Of a DNA stretch of 51,172 nt, positions 18,244-27,271 are shown piece by piece. The notes under the pieces are model-generated. The model was not told where the DNA came from. It was given only the letters and a program-made list of their open reading frames with translations, and ran no database searches. The translations under genes and the position numbers were made by a program. Numbering within the stretch: the first letter of the stretch is position 1; every line of letters starts with the position of its first letter. Source of the DNA: Candidatus Omnitrophota bacterium (GTDB lineage Bacteria > Omnitrophota > Gorgyraeia > Gorgyraeales > Gorgyraeaceae); assembly GCA_018902915.1 (NCBI GenBank), contig JAHIPS010000082.1:1-51172 (forward strand), given 5' to 3'.

Positions 18244-21200
18244 ATGTTGAGCTTACAGGAAGGGAAAAATCGAATAGCGCTTAAGGCCATCTCACTTGTG
18301 ATAGTGCAGGTGTTTTTGGCTACATCTCTGGTCTATCCATCTTCTATTAAGGATATGGCAGCTATATATAAGCTGAATAGTAAATTAAGAGTGCCGCTTG
18401 CTAATTCAGAGGAGGAAAAAAGCTGGTTTTCCTCCAGATTTTTAGATAAGACTAATGAACAGTCGAGTGATAGAAAAAGTAATGCATCTTTTCCCTTAAG
18501 AGGAGAATATTCCCGCAGAAGATCGCCTAAATACATTTTAGCTTCTTTAATAGATATGTTAGTAGGGAATCCGGCTAACACGCTCAGCGACAGCGAATTA
18601 AATAAAAATCTCGAAGATTTTAAGGCCTCGTTCTTAGAAAAAATCCCTGTAAGCGATAGGCCGGCTTATTTAAAAGAGATGGTTAATTACTTAAGTGCGC
18701 AGGCAATAAGATTTCGTTCCAGTTTTCCTGAGGTAGAAAAATTAAGACAAAGGTTCGAGCGATACATAAATAACAGTCGTAAGATCATGGCTGATGCCGG
18801 TGATACTGTTTTGAAAAAAGATATAAAGACGCAGGAGGTCATAAACCGCTTTGAAGAAAAAGGCGGAGACTATTACAAAAAAGCAATAGATCATTTTAAA
18901 GACTCTAAAACAGATAAAGGTACGCAATTTATTGATTTGGGAACTCCTGCCAGGCTGACCAGGGTTTACGAAGTAATCGAACACTATGGCGGTGAGTTGA
19001 AAACAAAGAACATCCTGGATATAGGCTGCTCCTACGGGCTGTTTTTGCATATCTTAAAGGGGTTAGGTATCGAGGCAAGCGGCCTGGATCAGGATGAGGA
19101 TTTCGTAGAATATGGCAAAAACGATGGTCTTGATATCAGAAAATCTGATATTACCGAAAAAGATATACCGGTAGATGAAAGGTTTGATATTACAACAAGC
19201 GTATATGTCCTTGATCATATTTCGTTAAATGATCAGGATGCCTTCCTTCGTACGTTCAATAATATTTTCGATCTGACAAAAGACGAAGGGCTCAGCATAC
19301 ACTATCTGTCAGAGGATAAATATACTTTCTTTGAAAAGAATCTCGATAAACTGGAGTCTTATCTATTGGATAGAATTTTTGTTGATGGAGGAGTTATTCT
19401 GGTGTTCAGGAAACCAGCCCAGGGCGATATGACTCTTGCCAGTGCAGAAGACAGGCAAGTGGATCATACCTTTAGCGGAAGCGGTGATAGTGAGGCGACT
19501 CGCATTGGTTCTCTCTCTGCGGGGGAGATGGCTCAGGAGATCTGGCGCGAGGCAGAGACGCGCGGAGAAGCGTTGCCGGAGACCAGGTTAAGTCATTTGA
19601 AAGAATCATTCGAGAGATTCTTTGGAACCATGCCGGCAATAAGACTTCTCTCTCAGGAAATCATGAGTGGTTTTGGAGCAAGAAGCGAACCCGTAATCCG
19701 CTACGGAAATAACATCGTGATTTCAAAGGAATATTATGATGAGAACGGATTTGCCAATGCAGTGACTGATGAAGAGGCTCTGGCTGCAGCAGGCGAGGGC
19801 AGGGCAATAATGGATCCTTTGCTCAATATCCTTGCGCACGAGCAGGTGGCGAGCGTGGCAGAGGAAAAAGGCGTGCTGTCAGACGAGCTTCCTATGCTTG
19901 CAGAAGGAGTGCTTAACGAGGCGGATCATGAAACGCGCAGACAGGCGCACCTTGGCGGGGGCGTGGACCAGGCGTTCAGGGGAAGGAAAAAGAAGGATAC
20001 AAGGATTCCTGCTGATTTTGCAGACAAGACATGGCTGAGAAAGATGATAGAGGAAGAGAGGGCAAAGCACGGCCCGAAAGAAGCAAAAAAGATATCCAGA
20101 AGGGATGTATTAAAATTCATGGCAGGCATAGGTGCTGTGGCTGCAACTGGAAGGATTGCTTATGAATTGGGAGAGGCGCCAAAAGACATCAAAGAAGAGC
20201 ACGAGTATTTGATGCAGTCGTTGCACGAGAATTTTTATGATACCATGTCTCATTTCAGCGCTCAGGTAAGGTATCTGGAGACATCAAGAAGTACCAAGAA
20301 AAATCTTTTATCAAGAGAGGATATGGCAAGGGTCGAGAACTTCTTGAGCCCTTCCAGAGTGGATGCGATAAGATTTGCTGCTAAAGAGTATGACCTGGAG
20401 CCAGAGCTTATCGTAGGATTCGTATATGAAGAAGAGACATACCAGAATTCCGAAAACAGAATAAAAAAGGTGGTAAAGGAATTTCTATCAAGGGTTGGCG
20501 GAGAGCTTGATATGAGAAATACAGCCGGCATTGGAAATACAAGCGCCATCTATATGCTGGAGGACAGAAGCTTTTTAGATACTGTATATGAAAACAAAGA
20601 ATTTTTCCTGAAGCTTTTAAAAGATAGAGGGGCTATTTCGGTATTCAATCAATTCATAGATGCCTATAAGGAAATAATAGAAATAAGATATGAGCCCTCA
20701 TGGAAGGCCTACATACAAAATGACGCAGGTGTATTTATCAGCTTAGTAGACCGTGTAGAGCCCGTAGGCATATTGTACGCTGCTTATATTATGCGAAAGG
20801 ACGCAAACGAGATACATGAAAGAAATAGAAACGAAACAAAGATCCCGGATACTTCAGTAATGGCAGGACATTCCAGGCATTGGACTTTAAGGGATAGAAA
20901 AGAGGATTATAAGCCAATACCAGATGTTTACAATGAGAGGTACAAAAGGGCCTTTAACCAGAGTTATTACCCGCCTTATTGCTACCAGTATTTTGTGGCT
21001 GCTGATTATACAGGTATAATCGTGTCAAGAAGAGGCCAGGCCAGGGCCCGCGGCAAGATAAAGGCATATCTTATGTTTCTGCGAAGCTCGATTTTTAAGG
21101 CCTATGATGAACAGGAGCGATTAAGAGAAATAGAACAAAAAGAAAAGAAACCACCAGCGCCTATAAAACGAAAAATAGACACTAAAGAGACAAGAAAACT

Positions 21201-21708
21201 GGCTTCTAGACAAAAAGACAAAGGCCCTTCGCGCAAATTCTGGAACTTAAGGCGCAAGGCTGCTTTGGGTGTTGTAGCTTTATCATTAGCTGGCGCTAAG
21301 CTGCCTGGCGTAATACCTGGAGAGATAGCGCCTCGCAGCGAGGTAAGGATCGAACAAGGTATTGTAGAAGACGACAAATCTGAACGCCAAATACAGAAAG
21401 ATGTACGCGCATGTCTTGAGATTATATTTGATTTACCCGAAGAATATATTACAGGCTGGGAAAAAGACAAGTCATTTGAAGAGCAGAATAGTTATAGTAA
21501 ATTTATTTATACTGTATTGCAGGATCTAAAACAGGATATAGAATCTGGAAAGGTTGAAGTCCATCCGCTTGATAGGTTTATACTTGGATTAGCAGGGCTA
21601 CTGGAAATCCATGGTAATACTATAGTGATAAAGGTTCCGAGTGGAATTATTACCAGTGGTAAGATAGAACCTTATGGTAGTTTCTCTGGTTTCAACGACA
21701 ATACATGA
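18244..21708 (+). CDS. Large exported multidomain protein, part 1 (signal/TM, class I SAM methyltransferase, SLT/lysozyme-like segment)
   Basis: N-terminal KAISLVIVQVFLATSLVYP; ILDIGCSYG SAM motif; internal SRRDVLK + TM; AIRFAAKEYDLEPELIVGFVYEE. Confidence 0.75.
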   Translation: MLSLQEGKNRIALKAISLVIVQVFLATSLVYPSSIKDMAAIYKLNSKLRVPLANSEEEKSWFSSRFLDKTNEQSSDRKSNASFPLRGEYSRRRSPKYILASLIDMLVGNPANTLSDSELNKNLEDFKASFLEKIPVSDRPAYLKEMVNYLSAQAIRFRSSFPEVEKLRQRFERYINNSRKIMADAGDTVLKKDIKTQEVINRFEEKGGDYYKKAIDHFKDSKTDKGTQFIDLGTPARLTRVYEVIEHYGGELKTKNILDIGCSYGLFLHILKGLGIEASGLDQDEDFVEYGKNDGLDIRKSDITEKDIPVDERFDITTSVYVLDHISLNDQDAFLRTFNNIFDLTKDEGLSIHYLSEDKYTFFEKNLDKLESYLLDRIFVDGGVILVFRKPAQGDMTLASAEDRQVDHTFSGSGDSEATRIGSLSAGEMAQEIWREAETRGEALPETRLSHLKESFERFFGTMPAIRLLSQEIMSGFGARSEPVIRYGNNIVISKEYYDENGFANAVTDEEALAAAGEGRAIMDPLLNILAHEQVASVAEEKGVLSDELPMLAEGVLNEADHETRRQAHLGGGVDQAFRGRKKKDTRIPADFADKTWLRKMIEEERAKHGPKEAKKISRRDVLKFMAGIGAVAATGRIAYELGEAPKDIKEEHEYLMQSLHENFYDTMSHFSAQVRYLETSRSTKKNLLSREDMARVENFLSPSRVDAIRFAAKEYDLEPELIVGFVYEEETYQNSENRIKKVVKEFLSRVGGELDMRNTAGIGNTSAIYMLEDRSFLDTVYENKEFFLKLLKDRGAISVFNQFIDAYKEIIEIRYEPSWKAYIQNDAGVFISLVDRVEPVGILYAAYIMRKDANEIHERNRNETKIPDTSVMAGHSRHWTLRDRKEDYKPIPDVYNERYKRAFNQSYYPPYCYQYFVAADYTGIIVSRRGQARARGKIKAYLMFLRSSIFKAYDEQERLREIEQKEKKPPAPIKRKIDTKETRKLASRQKDKGPSRKFWNLRRKAALGVVALSLAGAKLPGVIPGEIAPRSEVRIEQGIVEDDKSERQIQKDVRACLEIIFDLPEEYITGWEKDKSFEEQNSYSKFIYTVLQDLKQDIESGKVEVHPLDRFILGLAGLLEIHGNTIVIKVPSGIITSGKIEPYGSFSGFNDNT

Positions 21709-24700
21709 GTATGGCCATGGTCTGCAGTGGAAATATAAATTAACTAATGCAATGCTAAAGGTATCTCAGTTTGCTGGTGATCATCAGGTGCGCAATGATA
21801 CTGAAAAATTTATAAAGGAGATAATATCAAAGATTTTAGAGGCAGGCATAAGGCTGGATAAAAGCGGCCAAGCACCACAGTATATAACTGACGCTATTGG
21901 TGGGGCAGAGGCCTTGAAGAATGCTGCGATAAATGGCGAGACCTTTGCTGAATATATATGGAAGGTCTATGCTGACAAGCGCCCACAGGTTAATATCTGG
22001 AATATCATGGAAGGCTTTACAGTATTTGAAGAGCATTTTGACGAGATAGTAGGTGCAAACAATGCCTTAGCCAGGCTGTTTGATGATTTAGGAATCAATA
22101 AAAGAGTTATTCATGATATGCGGCTGAGTTTCCAGAAGCCTGAGAGACTAAAGTCAGGTTCTATTGCACATAATGTCTTTGATAAAGATGATACAAGGGC
22201 TATCCAGGATTATGTGCATCAGGTATGGCAGAAGACAAGCACTAAATACGAAGGCAAAGAATTAATAGGTGCAGTTGCCCCATTTATTGAAGATGGAGTT
22301 GAAAAACAGGCAGTATATGTGTATATGAGAGATCAAATAGACATTAATAGATTCTACTTGCCAGCCCTTGAAGCATTTAATGCCAAAGATGTCATATTAA
22401 TTCACGCAAAACCATCCATTACTCCAAACGCTGAAGATATTGTCCATTTAATAGTAGATAGTAATAAAAAGCTATGGATTATTTCTGATGAAGGTGTCGC
22501 GCAATTAGAAAAATCTGAAACTTCACAGGCAGTCGGGGTTAATTCATTTATATCTGACATTAGAGATATTAGACACGATGAATTGAATCCAAGAGAAAAG
22601 AGCGTCCAGAGGTTCAAGCGCTATGTTAGAAATAATAACCTTCCTGACCAAGATTTTAGAGAGATTGCGCAAGGCCTTGGGATATCTACTGATATTAAAT
22701 CCATAGAGAGAGGGCCTGTCAGAGACAAAATCGTTTTATCCTCATCTGCCACAAAAAAACTTCAACAGGGAAGGGATGACAGGGATAGGAGAATGTTGGA
22801 GATATCAGATAGCATTGCTGAGATAGCCGGTCAGCTTACATATATTGGCGATACTGAAGGCGCTGAAGAACTGAGAATTCTTTCGCACAAGTTAGGATTT
22901 GGAGAGGTGGCTGAAAATATAATAGAAAGAGCAACGCAGTTGCTAGAGGATTCTCGCGGCGTAAGGCTTGGGAATGCATATATGCGGTTGGCAAGGCTTT
23001 ATTTTGATATTGCTATTAAATATAACAGACTTGATAAACCTGAACAAGCCAGTATCTGGGTTAATAAACTTCTGAATATTACATTAGATGAAGTTAATGA
23101 GACAGTTTCCAGAGGAATAAAAAGGCTCCAGGCAAGAGGAAATAAACTTTTAGAAAAAATAGAGAAAAAGATGGAGTCATTAGAGATAAAATTAACGATG
23201 AAGCCACAGCGGCTTATTCATATAATTGCTGGTACAGAAGATCATTTATTTAGCGGATGGATGCATAAATGGTCAAATATCTTAGATATAGATGTGTATC
23301 CCACGTTGCATAATATCATTATACAGCATCGCTCAGATCCTGAAACTATGCGAGATATATCCTTTGGCTATCTATCAGACTGGATCAAGGCAGATTTAAT
23401 AGAGACAAAAGACCCGGAAAAAAGAGCCGCGAAGGAAACAGAGATCAGGAAGTGGATTTCTGAAATCGTGGATTCCTTGCCAGAATCAAAACTCAAAGAA
23501 GATATAGCCGCACACCCTCTTCTAAAAATATCCCCGGATCCAAAGATAGCAAGAGAAATTATGCTGGAGATGTGCGGCATACTGAAGGAAATCTCACCCC
23601 ATCGCGCGAAGTTTGAAGGAAGTATAAAAAGTGTTTCAGGTGAAGAACATCCAATATTATCTTTGGGAGCTGGCACCAGGGAGCATGACCAGAGACTGAC
23701 TGAGTATCTCAACGGCGATTTAACCTTGGACACGAAATCCCTCGGTATATCTCCGATCTATGCCAATGCCCCTAACTTCTTTGAAACCATTTACGGCAAA
23801 AAGATAAACCATACACACCTTTTAGGTATGCTTCAGAGTGAAGGACGAAAAGACTATTTCTATCTTGTAAAAGTCGGGGACCAGTTGAAGGTAGCGGTCA
23901 TGGGCGGCGGGATGAGAAAAGAGGATGATGAGAGAATAAAGATCGAAAAGATGTTAACCAAATTACCCATATGGAACAATGCTATGATGGGAAAAATTAG
24001 GGAAAGAGGAGCTCATACTATAAGAGGGGAGCATTCTGTAATAGGTAGATTAAGAGAGATTATACTGGCTTTTATCTTGGACAAGCCTGATATTTATCCT
24101 GAAATGGATAAGAAATTATTTGCTAGAATAAAAGAGATTGTAAGAGAAATCGACGCCCTTTATGAGAACAATCCCGGGCGATTAATGAAACAGGCAGATG
24201 AGATTTGTCTCGGCCATGATCCGTCAGGAAATCATACGTTAAAAGAACTTTTAGAGAGCGGTACTCAGGGTGGTGATGATATTTTCCAGTTGTTGATTGG
24301 TAAAACAGGGAATATTGAGAGTTCTTTGATAAAGATACTCCCAGCAGAAGGTATAGAAAATGATTTTAGAGAGACGTATATAATACTAAAAGCTATGCAG
24401 GTATTGTCTGGAATTGCAGCTATTGCTGGGACAGGAACTACTGCAATTTTTCCTGACATTGGCGAGTCTGGTTCAGAAGAGAGAAAGGAATTCTATAAAG
24501 CTTTAGCAGGATACATCCACAACCATTTGCCTAAGAGTCTGCTTTGTAAGATGCATTCCATGGCTATAGTAGAAGCGCTGAAAGATCTGGGAATAGAGGC
24601 AGTTATTATGGAAAAAAAGATGGGAGAAGGCGCGCATTATTGGGTTAAGACTAGAGATGGTTTTACTATAGATGCTTTTACTTTAGGTTATGGTTTTGAT

Positions 24701-24931
24701 TTGAGAAAAGCCATAGATTATAAAGATGTTATCGTCATAAAAGATGATAGTGGCGATAAGACAGAGCAAGGCATTTTAGAGAGATTTTATAAATCGGGAT
24801 TTTATCAAGCGCAACTTACAGAAGAGGTATGGAGTGGATACGCATCAGTTTTAAGGTACCTGAAATCATTTAGAAGTCTGACTCATATAATCGAAGATTT
24901 AAAAACAAGCAGTTCTCGCCATCAACTTTAA
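21674..24931 (+). CDS. Large multidomain protein, part 2 (HExxH, degenerate JAB/RadC-like, transglutaminase-like); probably the frameshifted continuation of part 1
   Basis: HEYGH at residues 11-15; NAKDVILIHAKPSITPNAED; C...HYWV...ID near the C-terminus. Overlaps part 1 by 35 bp and has no clear RBS. Confidence 0.7.
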   Translation: MVVSLVSTTIHEYGHGLQWKYKLTNAMLKVSQFAGDHQVRNDTEKFIKEIISKILEAGIRLDKSGQAPQYITDAIGGAEALKNAAINGETFAEYIWKVYADKRPQVNIWNIMEGFTVFEEHFDEIVGANNALARLFDDLGINKRVIHDMRLSFQKPERLKSGSIAHNVFDKDDTRAIQDYVHQVWQKTSTKYEGKELIGAVAPFIEDGVEKQAVYVYMRDQIDINRFYLPALEAFNAKDVILIHAKPSITPNAEDIVHLIVDSNKKLWIISDEGVAQLEKSETSQAVGVNSFISDIRDIRHDELNPREKSVQRFKRYVRNNNLPDQDFREIAQGLGISTDIKSIERGPVRDKIVLSSSATKKLQQGRDDRDRRMLEISDSIAEIAGQLTYIGDTEGAEELRILSHKLGFGEVAENIIERATQLLEDSRGVRLGNAYMRLARLYFDIAIKYNRLDKPEQASIWVNKLLNITLDEVNETVSRGIKRLQARGNKLLEKIEKKMESLEIKLTMKPQRLIHIIAGTEDHLFSGWMHKWSNILDIDVYPTLHNIIIQHRSDPETMRDISFGYLSDWIKADLIETKDPEKRAAKETEIRKWISEIVDSLPESKLKEDIAAHPLLKISPDPKIAREIMLEMCGILKEISPHRAKFEGSIKSVSGEEHPILSLGAGTREHDQRLTEYLNGDLTLDTKSLGISPIYANAPNFFETIYGKKINHTHLLGMLQSEGRKDYFYLVKVGDQLKVAVMGGGMRKEDDERIKIEKMLTKLPIWNNAMMGKIRERGAHTIRGEHSVIGRLREIILAFILDKPDIYPEMDKKLFARIKEIVREIDALYENNPGRLMKQADEICLGHDPSGNHTLKELLESGTQGGDDIFQLLIGKTGNIESSLIKILPAEGIENDFRETYIILKAMQVLSGIAAIAGTGTTAIFPDIGESGSEERKEFYKALAGYIHNHLPKSLLCKMHSMAIVEALKDLGIEAVIMEKKMGEGAHYWVKTRDGFTIDAFTLGYGFDLRKAIDYKDVIVIKDDSGDKTEQGILERFYKSGFYQAQLTEEVWSGYASVLRYLKSFRSLTHIIEDLKTSSSRHQL

Positions 24932-25006
24932 TCCCACCTACAAATATTTCCTTTGATTTTCCCATGGCATTGGTGTAACATTAAGAGTGAAATATAGAGG
25001 TGAGGA

Positions 25007-25516
25007 ATGTTTTACGAGAATGTTTTTAGAGAGTTGAATAAAAGAAAGATAAGGTATGTAGTAGTTGGTGGCGGGGCAGTTGTACTTCACGGAGTCGTAA
25101 GGTCTACTGCTGATTTGGATTTATTTGTGGATTTCAATGAAAAGAATTTATTGAAATTCACAGAGGCCTTGACAAGATTAGGTTATAGGCCTAAGGTGCC
25201 TGTAAAAGCGTCTGAGTTTGCCAAAAAATCAAACAGGGAAAAATGGAAAAAAGAAAAAGGGATGGTTGTTTTTTCTTTTTATCACTTGAAGAGACAGTAT
25301 GAACTGATAGACGTTTTTATCTACGAGCCGCTGAAATTTGGTAGTGTCTATAAAAATAAAAAATTAATAAAAGCTGGCAGGATAAATGTGCCTATAATAT
25401 CGATAAAAGATTTGAAGAATTTAAAAAAAATAGCAGGCAGGCCTCAAGACTTGGCTGACATAGAGGCGCTGAAAGATGTTGAGCGGCTAAGAAAAAATGA
25501 AAAGAAAAAAAGATAA
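25007..25516 (+). CDS. Nucleotidyltransferase-fold protein (DUF6036-like)
   Basis: YVVVGGGAVVLHGVVRSTADLDL and KKIAGRPQDLADIEAL; RBS GAGGTGAGG. Confidence 0.85.
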   Translation: MFYENVFRELNKRKIRYVVVGGGAVVLHGVVRSTADLDLFVDFNEKNLLKFTEALTRLGYRPKVPVKASEFAKKSNREKWKKEKGMVVFSFYHLKRQYELIDVFIYEPLKFGSVYKNKKLIKAGRINVPIISIKDLKNLKKIAGRPQDLADIEALKDVERLRKNEKKKR

Positions 25517-25682
25517 AAAAGCTTTTTCCTTTAGACCGGATATAGAATATATAAAGCGCACTATGAATATGTCTGCGCGTTTCAAACTGGAGTGGCTTGA
25601 AGAGTTTAATATTTTTATAAATAAGGCCTTATCAAAGAGAAAGAAAGGTATCTGGGAAAAGTTCAGGAGAGGGGAAATATGA
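25497..25682 (+). CDS. Small basic protein, partner of the nucleotidyltransferase (TA-like pair)
   Basis: 61 aa, [12 protein letters not shown] motif; overlaps both neighbours. Confidence 0.65.
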   Translation: MKRKKDKKAFSFRPDIEYIKRTMNMSARFKLEWLEEFNIFINKALSKRKKGIWEKFRRGEI

Positions 25683-26428
25683 GTGTAATAAAGGTAGTAC
25701 TTTTACGCCACGGCGAGAGCACGTGGAATAAGGAAAACAGATTCACTGGCTGGACTGATGTGGATCTGTCTCCCAAGGGAGTTGAGGAGGCAAAGGAGTC
25801 TGGTAAGGTGTTGAAGAAAGAGGGCTATACGTTCGATGTCGCGTTTACGTCTGTATTGAAGCGGGCGATAAGGACATTGTGGATTGCGCTGGATGAGATG
25901 GATCTTATGTGGATCCCGGTTTACAGGTCGTGGAGATTGAATGAGAGACATTACGGGGCATTGCAGGGCCTGAATAAATCAGAGACAGCCAAGAAATTTG
26001 GCGATAAGCAGGTCCTTATCTGGAGACGAAGCTACGATGTGCCGCCTCAGGCATTGACAAAGGATGATCCGCGCTATCCTGGAAATGACCCCAGGTATAA
26101 AGATTTGAATGATAAAGAAGTCCCTCTTACAGAATGCCTAAAGGATACTGTAGAAAGATTTATACCATACTGGAAGTTTACACTTGCGCCTGCGATAAAA
26201 TCCGGCAAAAAGGTCTTGATAGCCGCGCATGGCAATAGCCTGCGCGCGCTTGTAAAATATTTAGACAATATCTCGGATGAAGAAATTGTAAAGCTGAATA
26301 TCCCCACAGGCATACCTCTAATATACGAACTCACCAAAGACCTCAAGCCAATAAAGCACGACTATCTCGGCGACCCTGAGAAGATCAAGAAGGCCATGTC
26401 TTCCGTAGCCAACCAGGGCAAAGCATAG
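25679..26428 (+). CDS. gpmA: 2,3-bisphosphoglycerate-dependent phosphoglycerate mutase
   Basis: [49 protein letters not shown]. Confidence 0.97.
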   Translation: MSVIKVVLLRHGESTWNKENRFTGWTDVDLSPKGVEEAKESGKVLKKEGYTFDVAFTSVLKRAIRTLWIALDEMDLMWIPVYRSWRLNERHYGALQGLNKSETAKKFGDKQVLIWRRSYDVPPQALTKDDPRYPGNDPRYKDLNDKEVPLTECLKDTVERFIPYWKFTLAPAIKSGKKVLIAAHGNSLRALVKYLDNISDEEIVKLNIPTGIPLIYELTKDLKPIKHDYLGDPEKIKKAMSSVANQGKA

Positions 26429-26435
26429 CCTACCC

Positions 26436-26464
26436 TTGACGATTGGATAGACGTCAGGTATACT
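26436..26464 (+). promoter_or_regulatory. sigma70-type promoter
   Basis: TTGACG, 17 bp spacer, TATACT. Confidence 0.65.
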
Positions 26465-26491
26465 TCATTGTTTAGAGAGAGGGGGTAGATT

Positions 26492-27166
26492 ATGGATTGG
26501 AATGCTGTAGTTATGGAGCCAGTATCAGCGATGCTGGCAAGGGTGGCTGGATTTTTGCCTATACTTTTAGGTGTCCTTGTAATACTGGTAGTTGGTTGGA
26601 TAATCGCAGGGATGCTTAAGAACGTCGTGGTAAAGGTATTAAAGCTGATCCAGCTGGATACTGCCAGTGAAAAGGCAGGTCTGGGTGATGTGCTGAGAAG
26701 AGGCGGCATAAGGCAGACACTTTCTGAGTTAATAGGCGTACTTATCTATTGGTTAGTAATGTTAATGGTATTTATGACTGCCTTGAATGCCCTGGGAATG
26801 ACAGTTGCCGCGTCACTACTAGACAAGGTAATACTTTACATTCCTAATGTAATAGCAGCTGTGTTTATCCTGGCGCTGGGTATATTTTTCTCCAGCATGG
26901 TCGGAACGATTGTCAGGACTGCTTCAAGCAATGCTGGTATTACACAGGCGAAGTTTTTAGGCCAGCTCACACAGATAGTTATTATGATATTCACTGCCAT
27001 AATAACACTGGAGCAGCTGAACATAGCATCGTCAGTGTTGACTTTTGCTATAAATATCATCCTGGCTTCCTTAGGTCTTGGCCTGGCTATAGCGTTGGGG
27101 CTTGGCTCAAAGGATCTTGTCGGCAAGATGGTGCAGGATATGGTAGGTAAGATGAAGGGTAAGTAA
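26492..27166 (+). CDS. CmpX-like / MscS TM-helix repeat membrane protein
   Basis: Repeated FLPILLGVLVILVVGWIIA / YIPNVIAAVFIL; C-terminal AIALGLGSKD. Confidence 0.8.
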   Translation: MDWNAVVMEPVSAMLARVAGFLPILLGVLVILVVGWIIAGMLKNVVVKVLKLIQLDTASEKAGLGDVLRRGGIRQTLSELIGVLIYWLVMLMVFMTALNALGMTVAASLLDKVILYIPNVIAAVFILALGIFFSSMVGTIVRTASSNAGITQAKFLGQLTQIVIMIFTAIITLEQLNIASSVLTFAINIILASLGLGLAIALGLGSKDLVGKMVQDMVGKMKGK

Positions 27167-27190
27167 GGCAGCGAGTAATTTTTGGTCTCG

Positions 27191-27227
27191 AACCCCGCGT
27201 TTCCTATAAGGAGACGCGGGGTTTTTT
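27191..27227 (+). terminator. Rho-independent terminator
   Basis: AACCCCGCGTTTCC-tataa-GGAGACGCGGGGTT followed by a T-run. Confidence 0.85.
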
Positions 27228-27234
27228 GTGCGGC

Positions 27235-27263
27235 TTGACAGGGTTGGGAAAATAGGGGATAAT
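27235..27263 (+). promoter_or_regulatory. Promoter for a probably leaderless gspK-like mRNA
   Basis: TTGACA 27235-27240, 17 bp spacer, GATAAT 27258-27263; ATG at 27272. Confidence 0.6.
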
Positions 27264-27271
27264 GATTGAGA

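Noticed and set aside
27191-27227. Possible member of the RCCCCGT family
   Set aside because: The ends are CCCCGC/GCGGGG with a T-run right after a stop codon, so an ordinary terminator explains it.
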